Positions 56,891-64,000 of a stretch of 64,000 nucleotides of DNA are shown here, piece after piece. The notes beneath the pieces are model-generated. The model did no database searches. It was given only the letters and a program-made list of their open reading frames with translations, and had not been told where the DNA came from. The translations under genes were made by a program, and so were the position numbers. The stretch is from an archaeon (GTDB lineage Archaea; Aenigmatarchaeota; Aenigmatarchaeia; CG10238-14; SCSR01). The stretch is taken from assembly GCA_035288545.1 (NCBI GenBank), contig DATEAB010000045.1, positions 1,329-65,328 of the forward strand, given 5' to 3'. Each line of letters opens with the position of its first letter. Within the stretch, counting starts at the first letter, position 1.

Positions 56891-59197
56891 ATGAAAATGA
56901 AATTCGACTATGAAAAGACAATTGCAGGATTCATGGCTGCATTGTTAGCTACAACGCCAATTGCGTTCGCAGCTGCTAATGTCGGCACTGCCTTCAGCAC
57001 GCTCGGTACCAACGGTTCCTTGGATGCTGTGGTGGTCGTCGGTTCAGGTGCTGCTGCCTCGGACGTAGCTGGTGCTGTAGACATAGCGGCAAGAATGGCA
57101 GAACTATCCTACACAAAGACATCCACTACTGGTGGTTCTGACGTTAACGGGCTCTCAAAGGATGGAGTGACACTCTGTACTCAGGCAACACCTGAGACAA
57201 ACTGTCAATTGATTGACGGTACAAACGCATTCCCATCTTCAGGAGTCGTTAAGACGTTCCATTACACAGGACTCAAAGACGCCTCATTCGGATGGAGAGG
57301 TGACGATTACGACATCAGGGAACAGGTCGACGTCTCGGCAGTAACGATGAGACACAGCTGGTCATCCAGCGATATCAACGGTACTCCGAAGATGCAGATT
57401 GACTCTGGAGACGTCATCTACGAATGGGTTGCTGAAGAGCTCCTGAACGGAACTGGTTCAAGCGGTTCGAAGAACTACACGTATCCGGTTTACATAACGA
57501 TGCTAGGCAAAACATTTGCCATAGTGTCAACAAACGCGGATAACAGCTTCACTGCCTTGTCCGGTTCGATTGGAACAGCGACAGCTACCAGCGGTGTTAC
57601 ATACGGTGACTACACAGTCTATTCAGACCTAGCAAAGGACAATTCCTGGGCTAGAATAATAATCAAAGACGCCAATGGCAACACAGTCGACACTAAGGTC
57701 ACAAACGAGGGAGACTCGTATGACTCTAGCACGCTCGGCTTGACAGTAAAAGTTACAGATGTTAGAGCCCTTGACGATGGTACTGTAGTTGGTACAGACG
57801 TTACCTTTGGTCCGAAGGGAACGACTGAACACAGATTCGATACTTCAGCTGATACAACCTCAACAGGAACTGAATCAGACAGATTCCCAGGTGAAACAGA
57901 TTGGGGTATTAGAACAGGTTCAGGATTCTTCCCGGCAGGAACTGCTGGAAGCATTCCAGTCAATTCCAAGATCCAGGTAGTCTATCAGCCAACTAATACA
58001 AAGTACCTCAAGCAAGGTGAGAAGCTCGTGTTACCGAACACTTACGCGGAACTCGGCTATCTCGGCTACAACACTGACAAATTCGCCACAATAACAATAA
58101 GAACAGTTACTTCCCAGACCGCATACAACTATTCGGCTGACACTCAGTCGTTCGGAAACCTCAACGGTTTCGCGATCGAGTCTGACGTTTCTGGCTCAAT
58201 AATTGCGAACGGTGGCAATGCCTACACAAAGGCATATGTCCTGTTCAACAGGTCTTACGGAAACGGGAATGAACCTATGTTCCCAGTATTCTTCGGTTAC
58301 TATGATCAAGGTAAGCAGAAGATACTGATTAACGGAACTGTGCAACAGAACAACACAATAACAGTGGCTGAATACGTCAGCAAGCTGATCAACGGCAATG
58401 CCCCAGCGGACAACGCCACGTACGCTTTCAAGTTAAACTATGGAAGCGTGGGTGAGAACGATTGGTACCTGAACGTTAGCGTCAATTCGACGGGTAACTT
58501 AATCAGGGTATTCGGAGCTGGAACTGTAGGTGCGTCAATAAACATGACATACCAGAACAAGACTGTGTGGGATTCCTCAACTACACCAGAGTTCCGTTTG
58601 GGAGGAACTGCTGCTTCCTCTGATCCAGAAGACGTGAAGGTTACCACAGAAGGTACCGCCGAACAGAAGGCAGGAGAAACTGTTCAGGACGTCTTGGATG
58701 ACAGTGGAATAATAGTAGTTAATGCCGACGGAAACGCCAATGGTGACAAGGTAGTTCTGAAAGTCCCATCAAAGACACTGACAAACAAAGTCTACTTCGG
58801 TAAGCTCGGTGCCACAAGCACTGGCGGAACAGTCAACGCAGTCGTCCCAGTGAAGTCTGCGGTTGCGGTTCTCGACACTGAAGTGACTGCCGCGCACAAG
58901 GCTAAGAACATGGTGGCCGTTGGAGGCCCATGCGTGAACTCCGTGGTTGCTGATCTAGCAGCTTCTGGAAAGTTCAAGTACTCATGTTCTGGCTGGCCAG
59001 GCAGGGACTTTGGTTTCATCTCTGTCCACGATGGTGGATTCACTACTGGAAAGGTAGTCGTAGTAGTTGCTGGTACTCGCGCAGCTGACACAAGGCTCGC
59101 GTCGACAGTATTCCAGCAGCAAGACTTGCTAACCGGTAGGACAGACGCCGCAGTTGAAATAACATCGGCCACAGCAGCTGGTATAACTGCAGGTTAA
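56891..59197 (+). CDS. S-layer protein (Methanococcales/Thermococcales-type N- and C-terminal domains)
   Basis: VVVGSGAAASDVAGAVDIAARM and NMVAVGGPCVNSV...VVVAG...DTRLA motifs; signal peptide. Confidence 0.88.
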   Translation: MKMKFDYEKTIAGFMAALLATTPIAFAAANVGTAFSTLGTNGSLDAVVVVGSGAAASDVAGAVDIAARMAELSYTKTSTTGGSDVNGLSKDGVTLCTQATPETNCQLIDGTNAFPSSGVVKTFHYTGLKDASFGWRGDDYDIREQVDVSAVTMRHSWSSSDINGTPKMQIDSGDVIYEWVAEELLNGTGSSGSKNYTYPVYITMLGKTFAIVSTNADNSFTALSGSIGTATATSGVTYGDYTVYSDLAKDNSWARIIIKDANGNTVDTKVTNEGDSYDSSTLGLTVKVTDVRALDDGTVVGTDVTFGPKGTTEHRFDTSADTTSTGTESDRFPGETDWGIRTGSGFFPAGTAGSIPVNSKIQVVYQPTNTKYLKQGEKLVLPNTYAELGYLGYNTDKFATITIRTVTSQTAYNYSADTQSFGNLNGFAIESDVSGSIIANGGNAYTKAYVLFNRSYGNGNEPMFPVFFGYYDQGKQKILINGTVQQNNTITVAEYVSKLINGNAPADNATYAFKLNYGSVGENDWYLNVSVNSTGNLIRVFGAGTVGASINMTYQNKTVWDSSTTPEFRLGGTAASSDPEDVKVTTEGTAEQKAGETVQDVLDDSGIIVVNADGNANGDKVVLKVPSKTLTNKVYFGKLGATSTGGTVNAVVPVKSAVAVLDTEVTAAHKAKNMVAVGGPCVNSVVADLAASGKFKYSCSGWPGRDFGFISVHDGGFTTGKVVVVVAGTRAADTRLASTVFQQQDLLTGRTDAAVEITSATAAGITAG

Positions 59198-59246
59198 ACT
59201 TCGTTTAACTGTAGCAACAGCTGGTCCTGAGAAAACACGAAAAACT

Positions 59247-59283
59247 TTTGTGGCGTAAAGCCACAACTTTCTTTCTTCTTTTT
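59247..59283 (+). terminator. Hairpin plus T-rich tract after the S-layer gene
   Basis: TTGTGGC-GTAAA-GCCACAA followed by CTTTCTTTCTTCTTTTT. Confidence 0.6.
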
Positions 59284-59414
59284 CTAAAAATTTAATTTCA
59301 ACTTCCACGCAATTCTAAAAATCAAATCAACATCTGGCGAAAGCCATACATCTCGAAAAGGTTAAAGAGCTTTTAAGAGAAAATCATAAGAGAAATCATA
59401 AAGCGAGGGCTAAA

Positions 59415-60023
59415 ATGGCAGAGGATGAAAAAAAGAAGGTCAAGGTCAAATTCAAAGTGACAAGAAACAGGATGATAACTGCGGGATTTATAATTTCAGG
59501 AGTCGTCATTGCCTACCTGTATGCGTTGTACGTGCCGAAGCCGGTTTATTCGGTCGATTATAGAGATACGGGCGTCATCCTCAATTTCCGAGTAGACTTG
59601 AGGGAGGCAGACAAAATCCCCGTAGATCCGGGACCAGATCAGGTTTACACGGAAATCGTCAATCCGCTTGTGAAAAACATTACAATAGTTTACAAACCAA
59701 CAGGAAATGAAACAGAGGACAGGTATTACGCGATTGAAGCGTTTGAAATTACTGAAAAGATGAAACTGGGACTGTATGCAAGAAAAATAACTGATGTCGG
59801 AATAGACGCAAAACCCCTCTCGTATTTCAACAGGACGACATACGACAATCTTCCCGGAAAAATCCAGCATCCCCTCATAGCGATTGTGCATCCGATTTAC
59901 GGAAACCAGACGCGCGTCGTTTCAGCCCCAGGCCATGTCGTCTACATTGAGGCGACATCGTATCGCGACCTTGATCTTGCAGTGGTCAAATTTTTAATAT
60001 CTGCTTTAAGGATAAAATTCTAA
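59415..60023 (+). CDS. Hypothetical single-TM protein
   Basis: Basic N-terminus, one TM, soluble domain. Confidence 0.7.
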   Translation: MAEDEKKKVKVKFKVTRNRMITAGFIISGVVIAYLYALYVPKPVYSVDYRDTGVILNFRVDLREADKIPVDPGPDQVYTEIVNPLVKNITIVYKPTGNETEDRYYAIEAFEITEKMKLGLYARKITDVGIDAKPLSYFNRTTYDNLPGKIQHPLIAIVHPIYGNQTRVVSAPGHVVYIEATSYRDLDLAVVKFLISALRIKF

Positions 60024-60054
60024 TTATCAATTATCAGTAGCGATGTGACGATTA

Positions 60055-61383
60055 ATGTTAGCTGAAATGTTGTTCGACGCCGAAATTTACAGGCTGACCC
60101 TTTGGACTGCCCTTCTCGTTCTTGGCATTGTCGCTTTTTGGAATCTTATTTACATCAGGGGAAGAAAAAAAGTCCTCAACGAAGTTTATTCCGACTATGA
60201 GCCTTCGGTCTCGGTGGTCATTCCGGCGTTCAACGAGCAGAAAACGATTGAAAAGACTCTCAAAAATATTTTCGATTCCGATTATCCTCCCGGCAGTCTG
60301 GAGATTCTTGTAGTAAACGACGGTTCGACTGACAAAACGGAAAAAAATGTCAAGGACTTCATCAAAAAATTCGACGCAAGGAACATTGTGAAAATCATCA
60401 ACATGAAGGCGAACGTCGGCAAGTGCGCGGCTTTGAATTTCGGAGTCGAGCACGCGAGCGGCGAGGTTGTCATAACTACCGACGCTGACACTATTTTCAA
60501 TAAAGACTCGGTAAGGAAGCTTGTCGCGGGTTTTGCCGACGAGAAGGTCGGAGCGATCGCAGGTTACTACAAGGCCAACCAGTCGCTGACGTTTTCGGAC
60601 GCAATCCGCTTTCTCAAGCACCATGACTTCAAGAAATTCAGCCACTACTTTTTGGAAAAATTCCAGAACCTCGAATATATCTTGTTCCTTTTCACGCGCA
60701 AGAGGCAGGAAATCCTCGACGCTATCATGGTAGTTCCAGGCGCAATCGGCGCGTTCAGGAAGGACGTTCTGCGAAAAATCGGTGGCTTCGACGAGAAAAT
60801 TTTAATCGAGGATTACGACATAACGCTGAAGGTCCACAAGGCAGGCTACCTAGTGAAGTGCTACAAGGACGCAGAGGCAAGCACCACTCCTCCGCAGACG
60901 TGGAAGGAACTAATCGGTCAGCGCATTCGATGGTACCGCGGCGGACTGCAAGTCATGGCAAAGCATTCCGACCTTCTACGCTCGCGCCACGGCTTCGTCT
61001 CGTTTGTTTTCGGATTTGAATATGTGAACGTAGTTCTGCAGTTCTTGATATGGTCCCTATTTTTTTCAGGAATTTTCTACAAGGTCTTTATTCTTCAAGA
61101 AAGTATTTTATTCCTGCTGATGCAGTGGATAAACAGGATCATCTCGCTTCAGTTCCAGCTCTTCGACTACATTCTTTTCGTCGCAGCAGTCCTCTTCCTC
61201 ATCGGCATGTTCGAAGCCATCCAGTCAGTCAAACTATCGCGCGCAAGCAGGAAAACTCTCCTCTTCTATCCTCTTTTAGGAATTTATGCGATGTTCCTCG
61301 GCTACGTCTGGCTCTATTCATTCCTCGCCCACGTCACTCGCAGGAAAATTTCCTATGCCGGCCGCGGATGGAAAGGCCGCTGA
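60055..61383 (+). CDS. Processive GT2 glycosyltransferase (PgaC/cellulose-synthase-like)
   Basis: IPAFNE, NDGSTD, DAD, ED, QRIRW motif; C-terminal TMs. Confidence 0.92.
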   Translation: MLAEMLFDAEIYRLTLWTALLVLGIVAFWNLIYIRGRKKVLNEVYSDYEPSVSVVIPAFNEQKTIEKTLKNIFDSDYPPGSLEILVVNDGSTDKTEKNVKDFIKKFDARNIVKIINMKANVGKCAALNFGVEHASGEVVITTDADTIFNKDSVRKLVAGFADEKVGAIAGYYKANQSLTFSDAIRFLKHHDFKKFSHYFLEKFQNLEYILFLFTRKRQEILDAIMVVPGAIGAFRKDVLRKIGGFDEKILIEDYDITLKVHKAGYLVKCYKDAEASTTPPQTWKELIGQRIRWYRGGLQVMAKHSDLLRSRHGFVSFVFGFEYVNVVLQFLIWSLFFSGIFYKVFILQESILFLLMQWINRIISLQFQLFDYILFVAAVLFLIGMFEAIQSVKLSRASRKTLLFYPLLGIYAMFLGYVWLYSFLAHVTRRKISYAGRGWKGR

Positions 61384-61401
61384 TTTTTCCAGCTAATTTT
61401 T

Positions 61402-61743
61402 TCAGAGCAGCTTCAGCTTTCTCGTAATCTTGTCAATTTTTTTCGAGTCGGCAGGCCCGATGCCAATCGCAGTTATCGTCCCTTTCTTCAGCTGCGTCTT
61501 TCCCGCGTCTCTCACCAAAAAGTTCGGCAGCCTTGCAGCCTTTATTTTTTTGCAAATGACATTGAACTCCTTCAAGTCATTCACGCGCACGACGATCTTC
61601 ATCGCCCCTTCCTTGTTCCATCTCTTTACAATTTCAGCATCAGCAGCAAAAGCAGCACCAACAGCAGCATGTGAGCAATGAGCAGCTAACTTTCCTTTTC
61701 CCCAATCCAAGTCGCGACGCACGACAATAACTTGCTTCAGCAT
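61402..61743 (-). CDS. pth2: Peptidyl-tRNA hydrolase Pth2
   Basis: KQVIVVRRDL, GKLAAHCSHA, DAGKTQ, IGP, LKLL. Confidence 0.95.
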   Translation of the reverse strand: MLKQVIVVRRDLDWGKGKLAAHCSHAAVGAAFAADAEIVKRWNKEGAMKIVVRVNDLKEFNVICKKIKAARLPNFLVRDAGKTQLKKGTITAIGIGPADSKKIDKITRKLKLL

Positions 61744-61796
61744 ATTTCTTCTTGGGATTTTTATGAAATAAAAGCGAATTATTTAGAAGGATTTTT

Positions 61797-62141
61797 ATGC
61801 AGGAAGACGACTCAACAACTCCGGAAAATGCAGCAGAAACACAACAGCCTCAGCAGCCACAACAACCTACTCAGCATCCTCAGCAACCGCAACAGCCGCA
61901 ACAGCCACAGCAAATCAACGACGGAATGGAAAAAATAATTCTCGAGGAAATCGCAAGACGGCTCGTGGTGAAAAAGGAAGAGCTGGTCCAATTTCTCGAA
62001 GGCAAGACCGCAAATCCTGTCTCGGTTGTCAAAGACGTCACGAAAAAACTGATCAGCGAGCAGCTCGTGACGAACGTGGATCCTGTCAGCATGTCCTCAT
62101 ACGCAATCACGCAGAAAGGAATGCGAGCCGCGAAAGTGTAA
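61797..62141 (+). CDS. Hypothetical protein with Gln/Pro-rich N-terminus and wHTH-like C-terminus
   Basis: (QQP)n tract; YAITQKG C-terminal motif. Confidence 0.7.
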   Translation: MQEDDSTTPENAAETQQPQQPQQPTQHPQQPQQPQQPQQINDGMEKIILEEIARRLVVKKEELVQFLEGKTANPVSVVKDVTKKLISEQLVTNVDPVSMSSYAITQKGMRAAKV

Positions 62142-62209
62142 GTAAGGCAAATCGTCGAAAGTTAAGCTTTAAATTCTTCATAAATTATTTTATCGTAGTT
62201 TCAGTAGAC

Positions 62210-62330
62210 AGTCCCGTCGTCTAGTGGCCAAGGACATGAGGCTTTGGACTTTTGGTCACAAAGCTCTGATTGCGAGATGAAGCAGAAAGGAAGATCCCTC
62301 AAAACGTCGGTTCGAATCCGGCCGGGACTA
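62210..62330 (+). tRNA. tRNA-Gln(TTG) with a 48-nt canonical intron (62248-62295)
   Basis: AGTCCCG/CGGGACT acceptor, TGAGG/CCTCA stem, BHB CTTT/GAAG. Confidence 0.88.
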
Positions 62331-62367
62331 TTTTTTATTTTTTAACTAGCAAAACAAAATTTTTACA

Positions 62368-63030
62368 ATGGCAACATCACTACTCGCTGACCTAATCAAT
62401 TTCATTCTACACATCGACCAGAGCCTCAGCGCGTTGATTCAGACTTTCGGGTTGTGGACTTACGCTATTTTGTTTGCGGTAATTTTTGCAGAGACTGGCC
62501 TTGTCGTGGCTCCTTTCTTTCCCGGCGACTCCCTCCTTTTCGTCGCTGGCACTTTCGCTGCCCAGAGTTCGTTGGATATCATGTGGCTGTTCATTGCGCT
62601 TTCGGCCGCTGCGATTGCTGGGGACACTGCAAACTATTGGTTAGGACATTACCTCGGTCCGAAAGTTTTCACGAAGCAGAAGTCGCGATTCTTCAAGAAG
62701 GAATATTTGCAGAGGGCGCGCGAGTTTTACAAGAAGCACGGAGGCAAGACAATTATCATCGCGCGTTTCGTGCCGATCATCCGCACGTTCGCCCCGTTCG
62801 TCGCAGGCATAGGCGAGATGAGCTACAGAAAATTCTTGACATACAACGTCGTCGGAGGAATCGCGTGGGTCGCTATATTTCTCTTCGCCGGCTATTATTT
62901 CGGCACTCTTCAGGTCGTCCGCGACAATCTCTCAGTCGCGATCATCCTCATCATCGTCGTCTCTCTCATCCCAGTGATTCTGGAAGTCGTCAGGGAAAAA
63001 AGAAAAATAAAATCAAAGAAAAAGAAGTGA
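62368..63030 (+). CDS. dedA: DedA family membrane protein
   Basis: FAETGL...PGDSLLF, GDTANY, ARFVPIIRTFAPFVAG. Confidence 0.95.
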   Translation: MATSLLADLINFILHIDQSLSALIQTFGLWTYAILFAVIFAETGLVVAPFFPGDSLLFVAGTFAAQSSLDIMWLFIALSAAAIAGDTANYWLGHYLGPKVFTKQKSRFFKKEYLQRAREFYKKHGGKTIIIARFVPIIRTFAPFVAGIGEMSYRKFLTYNVVGGIAWVAIFLFAGYYFGTLQVVRDNLSVAIILIIVVSLIPVILEVVREKRKIKSKKKK

Positions 63031-63037
63031 AATAATT

Positions 63038-63724
63038 ATGAAGTGCAGCACGATTATACAAAACGCGAGAAAGCAAAAAAGAAAGCTGCTTACGCTGGCA
63101 GAGTCGCAGACGATTTTGCAGCGGCACAAGATTCCTTTCGTGAAAAATATTTTGGTGAAATACGAGGAGGACGCGATCAACGCAGCGAAGAAGATCGGTT
63201 TTCCTGTCGCACTCAAGGTCGTGTCGCCGGACATCACGCACAAGACCGAGTTCGGGGCGGTGCAGCTGAACTTGCGCAACGAGGCAGAGGTCTTGCTTGC
63301 ATTTAGAAAAATCGTTCACTCGATAAAAAAGAGGCGGAGAGATGTGAGAATTTCTGGCTTCCTTGTGCAGCAGATGGTGGGCGGCGCGGAAGTTTTGGTC
63401 GGAGGAAAGAAGGATTTGCAGTTCGGACAGACGCTGGCGTTCGGGGCGGGCGGCGTGTTTGTCGAAGTTTACGACGACGTCTCATTCCGTGTCGTGCCGA
63501 TAACGAAGAAGGACGCGAGGGAAATGATCGAGGAAGTGAAGGCGTACAAAATTTTGCACGGCTACCGCGGCAGACATTACGACTTGGCTGCGCTGGAAAA
63601 AATCCTGCTGCACACATCGGAACTTTTGGAAAAGCATCAGGACATCGTCGAGCTCGACATCAATCCGATTTTCGTCGGAGCGAAGGGCGCAGTCGCAGTC
63701 GACGCGAGGATTGCAATAAGTTAA
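63038..63724 (+). CDS. acdB: Acetate-CoA ligase (ADP-forming) beta subunit, ATP-grasp
   Basis: GFPVALKVVSPDITHKTE, VQQMV, FGAGGVFVE, ELDINP, AVDAR. Confidence 0.92.
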   Translation: MKCSTIIQNARKQKRKLLTLAESQTILQRHKIPFVKNILVKYEEDAINAAKKIGFPVALKVVSPDITHKTEFGAVQLNLRNEAEVLLAFRKIVHSIKKRRRDVRISGFLVQQMVGGAEVLVGGKKDLQFGQTLAFGAGGVFVEVYDDVSFRVVPITKKDAREMIEEVKAYKILHGYRGRHYDLAALEKILLHTSELLEKHQDIVELDINPIFVGAKGAVAVDARIAIS

Positions 63725-63733
63725 TTTTTCGTT

Positions 63734-64000
63734 ATGCAAGATTGGAAAGGTCATTTAATTTTCGGACTGCTGCTTACGATCGCTTGGATCAGCGGAATTT
63801 ATTTTTTCGGAATTTTTTCTCTCACGTTCGAAACTGCACTTCTTCTCGTTGCCGTCGTGATGTTTGCGAGCTTGTTTCCAGACATCGACCTGCGAGAGTC
63901 GAAGATTCGCGACTGGTTTTCTCTTGCAGTTTCTGCAATTGTTTCCGCAGTCTACATCTTCACCTATCGCGACACGTGGTACTACGGTCTTGCCTACTTC
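63734..64000 (+). CDS. Membrane-bound metal-dependent hydrolase (YdjM-like), 3'-truncated by the window edge
   Basis: MQDWKGHLIFG...SLFPDID motif. Confidence 0.75.
   Translation, partial: MQDWKGHLIFGLLLTIAWISGIYFFGIFSLTFETALLLVAVVMFASLFPDIDLRESKIRDWFSLAVSAIVSAVYIFTYRDTWYYGLAYF

Noticed and set aside
61797..62141. Gln/Pro tract as a functional repeat system
   Set aside because: Short low-complexity linker with mixed codons and no further evidence
23966..63724. acdA and acdB about 38 kb apart
   Set aside because: Unlinked alpha and beta subunit genes are common in archaea

Overview
Chromosomal segment of an archaeon, most likely a DPANN lineage (Aenigmarchaeota-like; inferred from gene content and protein style). 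Housekeeping genes: a bacterial-style sufCBDSU operon divergent from SOD, NMD3/aIF-1A/KH/topo VI, tRNA splicing endonuclease, S17e, EndoQ, SRP RNA, ADP-forming acetate-CoA ligase alpha and beta, S-layer protein and Pth2. All seven tRNA genes are interrupted: 9 introns, 6 at non-canonical positions, most with traceable bulge-helix-bulge motifs. A cell-surface island of about 24 kb (26.9-50.9 kb) holds two ~1500-aa exported proteins, a small protein resembling phage tail/baseplate fibre adaptors paired with a giant protein built on a strict 20-aa repeat, a NUMOD3/Vsr-like endonuclease, and a type IV pilus locus with MinD and CBS proteins. Other notable items: a LAGLIDADG endonuclease ORF that reads into tRNA-Leu and contains its likely promoter, a radical-SAM homolog lacking CxxxCxxC, and an unannotated acidic 46-aa peptide near a stand-alone PqqD-like protein. 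All family calls come from motif recognition, not database searches.
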